Of a stretch of DNA of 64,000 bases, positions 50,853 through 62,490 are shown one piece after another. Each line of letters opens with the position of its first letter. Within the stretch, counting starts at the first letter, position 1. This stretch comes from Podarcis tiliguerta (taxonomy: Eukaryota), in NCBI GenBank assembly GCA_965153285.1, contig OZ229125.1, one strand, 5' to 3'. Under the pieces are notes generated by a model, which was given only the letters and a program-made list of their open reading frames with translations, did not search any database and was not told the DNA's origin. A program made the position numbers and the translations under genes.

Positions 50853-51689
50853 GCCTGCATAGCCCACCTTTTTCTCCTAGGAGCTCAAGGTGGTGTACAG
50901 AGTTCTTTCCCTCTTCATTTAATCCCTACAACAATCCTATGAGGTAGGTTAGGTTGAGAGGCAGGGACTGGCCCATGGTCACCCAGGCAACTTCACATGG
51001 CCGAGTGGGGATTTGAACCCTGGTCTCCCAGCTCCTACTCTGATACTCGAACCACCAGCTCTCAACATCCACAGGACCTCATTAGTATCAAAACACCATC
51101 TTGTATTTCTACCCCACCCCGAATTTATTCCAGATCTACCCTTTCAGTTACAAAAAACCCCACCCTGTGTTGCCCACAATGCATTTGCAATTTCTGCTGC
51201 CTTCTGGAGCAACCAGTAGAAGCCTGGGATATGCTCAGCCCTGCTTAAAGACCGCCTTTTCCTGAGTGAGGTCAGCTTCTGGCTTGAACAAGCACCTGAC
51301 ACAGTTTTCCACTCAGGGTCAAGCCCTAGCACCACCCTTGCGATAAATTCAGTCTCCCCCACCCTTGCCAGCCTAGCTGTTTTAAGCTCTTAAAAGAGTA
51401 CAAAGGCTCCCTGAACATGGAACTAGCTAGAACCTCAGAGCCTAAACTCTCCTACAGAAACAGTGCAACAGATATGCAGCCCCAGAAGCCAAGGCTTTGT
51501 CCAGACACCATAGATCAGGAAAGGCTATTTTCCAAGACAGACTGCTGAGAGGGAGAGATAAAAGAGGAACAAAAGCAGCAGAGACTGATGGGAAGACCAA
51601 AAAGGGACACATGACTTCAGAAAAAGAAGCTGGGCATCACTTGCAGAATCTGAAAGACTCTATTCCCACAAATGAGATTTTTCAGGGGA

Positions 51690-52050
51690 GCCCTTCTCTC
51701 AGCCTCATCACCCTCAGAGGCATGCTTGGTGGGCTAACAGGAGAGGGCCTTCTCAGCAGCTGCTCCTAAGCTTTCAAACTCCCTTCCTACAGAAGTTAGA
51801 CTGGCTCTTTCTTTGTTTTCCTTCTGCCAGCAGGTGAAGACTTTCCTGTTCCAACAGGTTCTTGGAAATGGACTGTTTTTAAGGAAAGGGCTGGTGCTGT
51901 GATGTTTTTTATTGCCATTATCTGATAGTTCTTATATGTAGTTTTAAGTTTACCCATGTTTAATTGTTGTTTAATTATTGTGGTCCCCCCCACTGGTCTC
52001 TATTTTATCTGAAAGCCGCCTTGAGTCCCTGTCAGAGGAAAAGGTGAGAT
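51690..52050 (+). mobile_element. L2 LINE 3' end with (TAAA)n tail
   Basis: GAGAGGGCCTTCTC...AAACTCCCTTCC...GGTGAAGACTTTCCTGTTCC...GAAAGCCGCCTTGAGTCCC...ATAAATAAATAAATAAAT. Confidence 0.72.
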
Positions 52051-52467
52051 ATAAATAAATAAATAAATAACTATCATCAACATCATCTACCCTCTTGAAA
52101 GGACACTAGGATCGCTTCCACATTACCTATTTACCCAGCTTTCTTCCTGATTTATTTGCAGGGTGGTTATACTCAGATGATTACATGGGTTGCTCACTGA
52201 GCATCCATCCTGATTTGTTTGCAGGGAAGTTATATGACTGTTTCATCAAGTAATTGCTAACACACTTTCCTGTGCATCTCCCCATTACATTTCTTACCGC
52301 AAAAAGTCTAATTTTGTATGGGAGTGGCAGGTTTATGGTCTGGGGGCCCTATGTGCATTCCTTTCTGGGGTTGCCTTTCCCTGTCAGAGTACCTGGAGGC
52401 AAATTCCCCTTCACCACAAACAGACAGATGAATGACCAATTACATTTCTAATATTACTATGGTTTAC

Positions 52468-52800
52468 CTTCGCTGATCAAAATCCGGGTCATCCTCAAGC
52501 ACTTTCCCTGGCTCCCAGCTGTGTCTCCGGAAGGAGTCGTAGGCATGACCAGAACTCCCAAGGATGCCCAACCTGCGCATGTTAACACCCAGGAATCGAT
52601 CTTCCTCTTCTTCCTCTTCCATCTCTTCCCAGCCTCCTGCGGGAGGCTCCACAGCTGACAAGCAGCGGCGCTTCTGGACCCGTGAAGGGCAAGGAGTGCA
52701 TTCACAGGGGCTCAGGACCAGCTCGGAGGCAGAACTGCTCATTCCCCAAGGAGCTCGTGGATCCAAAAGGCAGAAAGGCTTTGCGGAATGAAAAGGGGGG
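52468..52800 (-). CDS. ARHGEF2: Long-isoform exon A: (PPFH...)MSSSASELVLSPCECTPCPSRVQKRRCLSAVEPPAGGWEEMEEEEEEDRFLGVNMRRLGILGSSGHAYDSFRRHSWEPGKVLEDDPDFDQR; candidate ATG at 52742
   Basis: Acceptor ctctttctccag| before 52800 and donor CGAAG|gtaaac after 52468 (phase 2); open frame throughout. The acidic run and FRRHSWEPGK resemble AKAP13 EEEEMD...PFRRHSWGPGK. Confidence 0.85.
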
Positions 52801-54177
52801 CTGGAGAAAGAGGGTGCTGATGTTAAGAAAAGAGCATAGCCCAATAAACCATCACATATTTTTATTACCCTTGTACATACACTTGTATCAGTTTACCTGC
52901 AAAATCCACTCAACCACTTCTATCTATGGAACTGGCACTGTTACAGGCGCTACATAATACCTGTTCTGCATTGGTGAGAAATTAGGCTTTCTTTTCAGTG
53001 TGGCGGCACCCACACTTTGGAACTCCCTGCCATTTGACATCAGGCAGGCGTCTTCACTGTATTGTCATGGTGCTTTTTTAAGGTTTTAAAGAGTTGTTTT
53101 TAGCTGTTTTTAGCACCAATAATTTTATCGTTTTAGTCTTTCGTAAACTGCTTTGAGGGTTGTTGTTGTTTTATTTTTTACCATCAAGGAGTGTGTATGT
53201 GTTACTCATTTATTTCACTTGGGTCCTGAAATACTAAATGGAAAGATCCAACTCTGTAAAGATGCCTGATGACTCTCTCACAAGCCCCTTATTCAGGCAG
53301 AATCAATATATGCAGGTGGGGGGGGGGTGCCAGGATCATGCCCGCTGACCCTACCCACATCAACAGGCTCATACCTATGTAAGCAGCGGCACAGTTCAGG
53401 AAACCCAACCATCGTGGAAAGGCAGGGCCAACGGGCACAAACCCAATCTCACTCCCTTGTCTGGACAGGGATGTGCACACCTATTTGCAGGCCTGCCTGA
53501 GGCCTATTTAGTGTTGGCAAAGCGGGAACGCAATTTCTAGAGGAACCCAGAACCCCAGCCATCAAATCTACACCAGGGTTGGGGGGACCTCAGGCCCAGG
53601 GGCCAAATGTGGACCTGCAGGCATCTCCCCAAATACATTTTGGGGTGCGGGGTGTGAAAATGCCTCAGCCCCTCGGAGTTGGCGCCTTTGGAGCAGCTGT
53701 TTGTGAAAGGTGCCGAGAGTTCTTAAAAAGCCCCTATTCCCCCTCACAGAGCTACAATTCCCAGTTACCTGGGAAGACAGATATGTTTGTTAAGCCACTC
53801 TGGGAAATGTAGCTTTCTTAAGGGAATAAGGGATTCCTAACAACACTCAACAAACTGCAGCACCCAACATTTCTTTGAGGGAAGCCAGAGGGGCACCATA
53901 GTGCTTTAAATGTCTGGTGTGGATGTGCCTAGGCCAAATGCCTCATATACAGCTATAGGCCCTGGACCCCCATTATAAATGGATATTTTTTCCAAGATAC
54001 CTTTGCAACATTATCATTCCTAAAGCTGGCCCACAATAATTATAATTCCTGAGGCAACAACCCAAAGGGATCTGGTTTCTCACACACCACCAGCCTGGCA
54101 TTGGCCATTCAGGCCTACCTCACAACTACCAGCCAGGCCTAGAGTTGCTACGCTTTCTTCCAAAATATTAAAGACCG

Positions 54178-54368
54178 GTGGGAGACTAGGGTTCAAATCC
54201 CCACTGGGCCATGAAGCTGACTGGTTGAGCTTGGGGGGCAACAGCCACTGCCTCTTTGCCTAGTCTACCCCACAGGGTTGTTGTTGTTGTGGGGAGGGGG
54301 AGAATCATGTACTCCACCTCGAGGAACTCGGCAGAAGGAGGGATATAAATGCAACTAAACAAATAAAT
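54178..54368 (+). mobile_element. CORE/MIR-like squamate SINE (5' truncated)
   Basis: GGGTTCAAATCCCCACT...CACAGGGTTGTTG...GGGATATAAATGC. Confidence 0.78.
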
Positions 54369-54899
54369 ATGCCCTTATACTTTCTTTTGTTTACTTTGGC
54401 AGGCAAATGGGAGAGCAAAAAGGAGGAAGGGGAGGCTCCCCCCCCCCTTTTAAGTGCACTCCCTCCATTGCTGCCTTAGTTACTGATTAAACTTTGAAGA
54501 ATTTTGGCAAAAGTGGGCTCTGTCTCCAGCGGCCGACGCCTGAGCGTCTGGACGGGCAGACAAGGGGAACAGCATAGAGCCTCTGCATTGTTTGTGCAAC
54601 GTTAATGGGGGGCATTAAAAGGGGAGACGGGTAAGACTGCAAAAAGGAACGCCAATTTAGATGGCACCTGCAGATACCTCAGAGGGGACGACATAGCAGG
54701 TGGGGAGAGCGGCCCAGAAATGGGCCACATTCACACCACACACGATACCTCTTTTAAGCAGTCATGGTTTCCCCTGGGAGCTGTAGTTTGGTAAGGGCAC
54801 TGAGCTACAATTCCCAGAGTGGTTTAACAATTCCCAGAGTGGGAACTATAGTTCTGAGGGGGGGGGTAGGAAATAGCAATGGAGTGAGCTTGGATCCAC

Positions 54900-55470
54900 T
54901 GTCAGAGCCTATAACCTGTCAGTTTGCATTTCTTAGTGCAGAAAGTATTGATCTGATGTGTAGAGATCTTTCCTATTCTAATTAATTCAAGAGGGTTCTG
55001 GGAGCTTCTCTGTGAGAAAGAAACAAGCAGAAGGTTCATGATGTTTGGGTTATTCCTTCAGAGAAGCTGAGAACAGCTGGTTTAAACTGGTTCTCTTATC
55101 TCTTCTGTCAAGGTCATGCTGACAATAGTAAGGACAGAAGGAGCCTGGGTTTCTCTTTCTATCTCTCTTCCTTCTGGTGTGATGCTCTGCACGTAGTATG
55201 CTTAGTGTTAAGATTTTAGACTTATTGTAAGTTATTGTAAGTTAGTTAAGTCTGCTGCAACTAGATTTCTAATGGGCAGTGCCAATCCTGAATGTATTGG
55301 ATTTGTGACCATTATGCTCATTTGCCCTCAGTAGCAGTAAAGCTCTGCTGGATGAAATATTCATTGCCTTTGGTCTATTTTTTTGAATCCTGCAACAGGT
55401 TTAAGTTGTTACTCTCCTAACTATACATTGGAATCTGCTCTGGATCAATATTGAGTAGAATTTCATGACA
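54900..55470 (+). mobile_element. Probable solo LTR (571 bp)
   Basis: Starts TGTCA and ends TGACA (inverted termini), AT/pyrimidine-rich interior, AGTAAA polyA-like signal at about 55336. TSD not clearly preserved. Confidence 0.6.
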
Positions 55471-55667
55471 TAACCCTCTCCCTGTAGTTCCGAGGGCCTA
55501 AACTTCCCATGGGTAGACCATTTAATTGAAGTTGTAAAAATATTTATACCTGTAACCAACTCATCTCGAATGACTGTGCTTTAAAAATGAAATGATATGC
55601 AAAGAAAAGCTGGAATTTCAGTTTTGCAAACTAAGCAACTTTGTATAATTTACATCATATTGCATAC

Positions 55668-55858
55668 AGGCCGTAGCTCAGTGGTAGAACATCTGCCCTG
55701 CCTGGAGAAGGCCCCAACTTCAATCCACAGCATCTTCAGGTAGGGCTAGAAGAGACTCCTGCCTCAGACCTTGGACAGCTGCTGCCAGTCAGTGTAGGCA
55801 ATACTGAGTAAGAAAGGCCAATGGTCTTGACTCAGTAAAAGGCAGCTTCCTATGTTCT
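55668..55858 (+). mobile_element. tRNA-derived SINE with CR1/LF-SINE-like tail
   Basis: A-box GTAGCTCAGTGG, B-box-like TTCAATCC, tail GGCAGCTTCCTATGTTC. Further copies at about 6772-6870, 35725-35920, 48449-48600 and 61060-61240. Confidence 0.82.
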
Positions 55859-56372
55859 TAAAATCCTGCAAATTAATTTTCTGTTTTGCACAAGCAATTC
55901 TGGAGGCTCGCCAAATCTCTACCCAGAGCATGGTGCATTAATGGATCATGAGTGTATATTCAAAGCCCAATGCCACCATTTTAATGAACAACTTTATTTC
56001 TGGTACTGCTGGCAGGGGCTGATGGGAGATGTAGTGCAAAACAGACTGGATCCTGGAGACAAAGGTCTGAGTTACACGTGAATTAAGAGTTTTGGGAGGT
56101 ATTTAGACCAGGGAAGTGTCACAGAGACTTCTCCCCCCACTGCTAATGCCCCAATCCAAATTGGGGACCCTCTGTGGCTGCTTTTAAGTTTTTAAAAGCA
56201 CTCCTCAGGTAGCCTGATTACAGTACTAATTGCCTGAATGCTTAGCTTGACCCAGTATTTAGACAGAGGAAATGTAAAAACGGAGTGAAACAATGTACTG
56301 CTTTCAACTGGGACCAAACTATTGTAGTAACTCAACTTTAGGATGCCAGAAAAGGAATGCGGCTTCATGATT

Positions 56373-56700
56373 TTAGCCTTCATCTAAGCATTTCTCCACT
56401 TGGGGAGATATGGGATTTGGGGCTGCAGTCAGGCGAGTTGTTAGAAATAAAACATCTTTTATTAACCCAGCCATAGCACCAAATCTGTACAGCAAAGAGA
56501 TGCCCGTCATAAAGTCCTGCTCAAACATTCCTTTGGCTTTGATCTTGCACTTAAACGGCTTTCTAACCCAGCTGGGGTCAGATGTGATCATAGTTTTGGA
56601 GAAACTGGGTCTCCAGCAAGGGCCTAGCAAGAGTGCACCTGTCCGAATGGCAAGGGTGAAGGTAGTGCCCAAGGCAGAACCTGTTGGGTCACCCCAAAAG
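56373..56700 (-). mobile_element. Degenerate non-LTR retrotransposon ORF2 C-terminal remnant
   Basis: ALGTTFTLA..ALLLG..PSFSK..ISLLYRF..VLFLT..ISPQVEKC resembles the LINE ORF2 tail pattern AFTLAR..ALLxGR..PF..RLC..PLL.RF..FLL..VAKF. Related remnants at about 61450-61700 and 30480-30680. Confidence 0.45.
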
Positions 56701-57284
56701 TTGCAAATTTCCCAACAAGGAAAACAAGCCCATGACATTGCATAGACCGTACATTGCTTTATACATTTATTTATAACGATTGGAATTCCTAGGGCTGCAT
56801 TTTAGGGCAAAGACCTCACAAGGCAGGATACCCAACCCAAACAGTTTTAATTAACTCACAACAATCACCAAATGATAACACAAAAATGATTAAAGATAGT
56901 AGCATACTTGAATAGCCAACAGTTGCAGGGGAAAAGGTCAGGTGGGCCAAAGTGCAGAATGAACTCAGGCTTGCAAGAAAGGTTAAAAATGAAACTATAC
57001 CTGCATATGTCTAAACCAGTCTTCCCCAGCGTGGTGCCCTGCTGACTGGGGGTGATGGGAGTTGTAGTCCAAAGCAGCTGGAAGGCAACACGTTTGAAAG
57101 GGCTGGTCTAAACACTCGGGCAACTGCTCACCCCCTTGCGATACTGACACCTCCCCTACCTCCATGGAACGTTGCCCTTGCCTCTTTCCCCCCAACTCCT
57201 TTTTTCGCCACAGTCAAATAAATTAAAAGTGTAGACTCCTTGGGGCAGAGTGTTAGCCTTTCTGAATGAAGCACCACACACACA

Positions 57285-57720
57285 CACCATACATTTAAAG
57301 CACTATGATACCACTTTAAACCATCACAGCTTCCCCTGGGAGTTGTAGTTTGGTAAGGGTGCTTAGTTGTTAGGAGACACCCTCCCTCCATTCTCTTCCC
57401 AGAGCTACAATTCCTAAAGTGGTTTAATAATCAATCCCTCTTTCCCAGGGAACTCTGGGAACTGTAGCTCTTTGAGAGGAGTAGGGGTCTCCGCACAACT
57501 CTCAGCACCCTTAACATACTACAGCTCCCAGAGTTCTTTGGGGGATGCCATGACTATTCAAAGTGCTATGATGCTGCTTTAAATGTAGGGCATGAACATG
57601 ACTAGAGCTTCAATTCCCAGCACACTTAACAAACTACAGCTCCCAGAAATTGCTAGTGGGGGAGCCATGACTTGTTTTAAAGAGGCATGAGACCGCTTTA
57701 AATGTAGTGTGGATGTGGCC
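57285..57720. mobile_element. Palindromic MITE (probably PIF/Harbinger-like) with a duplicated right arm
   Basis: CACACCATACATTTAAAGCACTATGATACCACTTTAAA...GCTTTAAATGTAG; the arms are self-complementary. Family copies at about 16565-16730, 28725-28920, 32455-32630, 34800-35125, 53690-53930, 54722-54870 and 58810-58950. Confidence 0.72.
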
Positions 57721-58362
57721 ATGGATGGATACAATAGTTGCATCTTCCAGGAGGCCTGAACCACCTAACTCCACCCCACTCCACCCCCCAGCTTCAGGAG
57801 GAAGCCTGTCCTAGGGCCCAAATAATTCACCTCTGCTCACCTGCTGTGCTGCTCTCTCCGCCAGTGCCTTCCACAGAGTACGAAAATAAGTTGTGGGCAG
57901 GATTGCAGCTGCCCCTAGGATGGCTCAGGGTAGAAAAGGAAACAGGATGATCTCAGCTTCTTTCCTGTTTCCACAGTCAGCTGGTGGGAACCTGTCCTTT
58001 TTTATTTTATCTTCCTTTATCTCCTGCACCATCAGCACTAAATCCTCCAGAAGGTCAGGGAGCCCCACGGTTCAGCTATGGAGGAGGAGGACCATGGCAG
58101 CCAGGAGGGAAGACATCTTCTCCAGGAGAGAACCTCTTGGGACTATTATTTCAGGTTCTCTTGGCTGTAAGGAAACTTAAAGGAGGAAGGAAGATGGGCA
58201 GAAAGAGGCTCTTGGCTGCCCCACCGTTGGCCTCCTTCGGCCACTGCCGTCCTGATAGTCCACTTCCCCTCCAAGTCCCTCTTCTCAAAATCCACGTCTT
58301 CGTTTCTCCACTTCCTCCACAATCCTGGCCCTGGTTCTGAGAATTAAGAAAGGAGAGCTTGC

Positions 58363-58363
<1 letters not shown>

Positions 58364-58396
<33 letters not shown>
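58364..58396. repeat. (ATT)n microsatellite, the tail of a minus-strand SINE
   Basis: Directly visible. Confidence 0.9.
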
Positions 58397-61300
58397 GTCG
58401 TATTTCTATCCCACCTCTTTCTCCGAGCAGCTCAGAGTGACGTCCATGATTCTCCCCATCCTCATTTAATCCTCACAACAACAACAACAACCCTGGAAGG
58501 TAGGTTAGGCTGAGAGGCAATGATTGGCCCAAGGTCATGGCTGAGTGCGGATTTGAACCCTCATCTCCCAGGTCCTAGTCCAATAATCTAACCACTGGTG
58601 AGTGTGCGTGCGTGTGTTGAGAGGGGTCCAACTGGGAGCACATTGGGGGCTCCAAGTTAAGGCAAGCTTGGCATGTTGTCCCCAGGAGATCACAACAGGG
58701 CTTCTTTAGTTAAACTGTGGAACTCCCTCCCACAGGAGACAGTGATGACCACCAACTTGGATGGCTTTAAGAGAGGACTGGACAAATTCATGAAGACGAA
58801 TGGTTTAGCAATATGGGTCTCCTAGGGGACTCTTGGCACCCTTAACAAGCTATATCACCCAAGGTTATTTGGGGGAAAGCCATGACTGTTCAAAGTGGCA
58901 CACGATGTGAAGGTTTATCTGTGAGAGACAAACTACAGTTCCCAGGATGCTTTGCTTCAGAGGACTGGGGTGTACACAGCGAGGCAGAGAGCCCATGAGC
59001 AAGGAAATTGCAGTGCCAGAGAGGGGAAGCAGGTCCAGGAGGGCTCTCCTCGGTGGGCGCCCTGCTGGAGGGTGGGCCGTGGGCAGGGGCCCCATCATGC
59101 TGACTCCCAGCACCAGCTCTGTAGAGAAAAGGTGTTCTGGAAGAGAGGAGGGGCGTCTGATAAGAAAGCCCAAAAAACCCTAGTTAATCATTTTGCGTTC
59201 CAGAGTTGTGTGTTATCCTTTCTTTGAATAATGAGGTATGAGGTCAGAAGGCAGCACCGAGGAGAGGGGAAAGGGAGTCAACTCTGACCACTTTTGGAGG
59301 AAGCGCTTCCATGGGAACCTCAGCAAGTGTACATAACAAAGGGGAGCCATGCCGCCAGGCTGGGCACCTGGAGAAGGGAATGGCAGGCAGAGGGGAAGGG
59401 AGAGCCAGTATATCCCTCTGGATCTCTCTCTGCAATAGGGGAAAAAGAAATTTGCTTGGGGAAGGAAAAACAAGCCATGAGAGCTCGTCCACACCTTGCT
59501 TGTGCCATGCCTAAAATGCACAGGTCCAAGAGGATTTCCGCTTGTCTTGTGTTTTCTAAGCGGGGGTACAAGAGGTTTTTTGTTTGCCCTGTACTGCACA
59601 CCCATCATAGAGTGACTATTCCAGCACCTGTAACAAACTATGGTTCCTATCATTCTTTGCGGGGAAATTGTGCGCTTTAAACATGCTTTGAATTAGTGGT
59701 GTGTACACAGGCTTAGGACACTTTAAATGTGGAATCCCAAAGATCTGGAAAGCGGCTGAATACAGTCTAGAGGTGCCCGCTGATGTTATGCACTTTTTAA
59801 GCTTTGCATTGATTTATTGCTTTGTTCTTTATATGGAAATCTAAAACCGAACAACAATACTGGATTGGCTTTATCAACTTAAACCATCTCAAAAGTAGCT
59901 ACTGTGTTATTAAATTAGTAAAACACACACAAACTTTTGGAGTCATTTTGATTGTACACAAATCCATTTTCCCACATGCACTTAAACTTGGATGGGGTGG
60001 GGGGCTTTACATACCTTTTTTATTATTTGGGTGTCAAGTATGACCTCTGACTTGTAGGACGATTTAAGTGGATTTACAATCACCCACAAAGCAAATTGAG
60101 TCAGAGATCTTACTAGGGGGCCTGTCCTGAATGAGTGTGAACTGTTTATACGGGCAGGTGTGCCTCTGAACATCTGCAAAGTGCATTTTCCTACAGCTGT
60201 ACAATTGCCAGTCCTCAAACATCTGGGGTTTCATGGGGGCTTATCCCAAGAAGTGTGCATCAGGTACGGACCCCATGTGAGAAGAACTAGCCTTCTAAAA
60301 TGTGAGAGCAAAACCTCTAAAATGTAGCCAGTGCAGTGTAGAGTATTGGACTAGGACCAGGGAGGCCTGGGTTCAAGTCCCTGGCCACAAAGCTTGTTAG
60401 AGACTCCTCACAGGGTTGCTGACCGAATCACAGAGGAAAGGGATGGAATCACACTGTCCTTAGAGAAAGGGAAGGATGGCAACATATTAAAATAGATAAA
60501 GTAATGATTGTCCACCGACCTAACAAATTTGTAAGGGCCTGTTAAGCTCACACTGAGGCAAAGAAAATCCAATCAGGAGTTTAAAAACAACCACAACAGA
60601 AACAGCCAAGAAGTGAACACAGTTTTAAGATTGTTCCAAGCTGAACTCATGATTCTTGGTCAGTCGCTTTACATTTCTATCATTCCTTTGTAGCAAAAGC
60701 CATACACGATAACGAGCTATTTTAATTCTCCACCCAACCAACCAACAAGAAGACTTCCTTCCATGCTTCCTGCTACATCCAGGCTTTTCAAAGTCGCTTT
60801 GAGACATTCGGCTGCTTTCAGTCCAGAGTTGCCCTCAAAATATCTCAACACTGAAATGCTATTTTAGTCTTCGTATGGAAATTTAAGAGACACCCTTCAA
60901 GATCTGCATTTTAGAGTAAGAATTGCCAGTCCTGGGAGAGAAGGGAAAGCCACACTTATTGTGTGTCTACCCAAGTTGCTAACCTGGACTTGCCTCCTGA
61001 CTGGATAAGGACACTCCCCAGGGTGGTGACTCATACAGAGACCTGATAAGTAGTCATAGGGTCATCTGAAGCCACTTCACAGCAAGTCAAGCCATTGGGT
61101 CCATCTAGCTCAGTACTCTGAGTGGCAACAGCTTTCCAGGATTCAAGCAGGAGTCTGTCCCATCCCCACCTGGAGATACTGCTGGGGATTGAACCTGGAA
61201 CCTTCTGCACACAAAGCATGTGTCTTACCACTCAGCCACAGACTTTCACCTCCTCCCTGTCTTCTGTGACAGCAGAGGAGGCGGAATCAGGAATCATTGA

Positions 61301-62299
61301 ATGACCTACATATTCCCGGTGCACAGAGACACAGAATTATCCATCCAGTGAAGGCTGATTGGGGAAATCAGCAACTCACGCGGAGATGCAGCAGGCAGAC
61401 TCCCCCCTGAAGGTGGGCATCCAGGAGCTTCTCGTGACTTTATTTAACTCATTGGCAACTCTTTCTGGGAACTGCTGGGTTAAGGACTTCCAGTAAAAAG
61501 AGAACCACGGCAAGAGTATCATCCTTGAGGGTCTTGGAAGGAAACCACAACATCAGAACTGGTTTCAAACGGTTGGCGCTCGCCCTAATGACAACTAGGC
61601 ATGCCCCAAAGGCAGGAGTGGGGCATAAAATGATAAGCAAAGCCCAGCTCCATCACAGCACGGCACCCTTTTTCGAAAGTGGGCAGCCAGGTGCCTCTCA
61701 GGAGCCTGCAAGCTTCTGGAACTCAGCAACTGAAATTTGGAGAAATATTGCCCCTGATCCTGGAGGGTAATTGAGATATTTGCCACAGGGGGAAAGAATT
61801 ACCCTTGGTGTGTGTGTGTTTATGGTGTATCAGAGGGATTAAGTCCCAAATCATTGGAGCCACACACTGCCTGGACTTAAGAAAATCTAATGGGGTCCCT
61901 TCCAGATCTACAATTCTATTCTTCTAATGGGACACATTGATCACCAACAATCAGACGCAATGGTCCCTGAGCTTTCATTAGCCTTCCAGACAAATTCAAC
62001 GCAACAAGAAAAGAATTAAGAAACCAACAGCAGGTCTGACCAAACCAGCCCACCCATCTCCTGTAAGAGGTAGGGGTGGCCAAGAAGTCTGTGTTACAAT
62101 ACAAAAAAGTGGGTTGGGGGGCGGAGAGGGGGGAGAGAAATGTGCCAGGCAAGAGGAGGAAAAGTACATAACAAAACTCTCACTTCTGCCGGAATGTAAA
62201 TAACTCTTGAAGCCTAGGCTCAAGGAATGTCAAAAGAAAGAACAACAATATTGAAAGAGGATTGTGAGTGGAATTCAAAGATAAGGAAGGAGAAAGCCT

Positions 62300-62490
62300 T
62301 AGAATCACAGAATTGTAGAGGCGGAAGGGACTCTGAGGGTCATCTAGTCCAACCCCCTGCAATGCAGGACTCACGGCTAAAGAATCTCTGACAGAAGGCC
62401 ATCCAACACTTGGTTAAAAACCTTCACTGAAGGAGTGTCCACCCCACCATATTTCAAAAGAGTCCAATTCCACTGCTGAACAGCTCTTAT
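62300..62490 (-). mobile_element. CR1 3' end
   Basis: AGAATCACAGAATTGTAGAG...GGTCATCTAGTCCAACCCCCTGCAATGCAGG. Similar ends at about 10010-10095, 21082-21158 and 23120-23195. Confidence 0.78.

Noticed and set aside
55668-55740. tRNA-like sequences here and at 747, 19369 and 43920
   Set aside because: Degenerate stems fused to SINE bodies or tails; these are SINE heads, not functional tRNA genes.
58950-59170. Pro/Gly-rich minus-strand frame after several AG acceptors
   Set aside because: No donor was found before it runs into a MITE, and the resemblance to AKAP13 is too weak.
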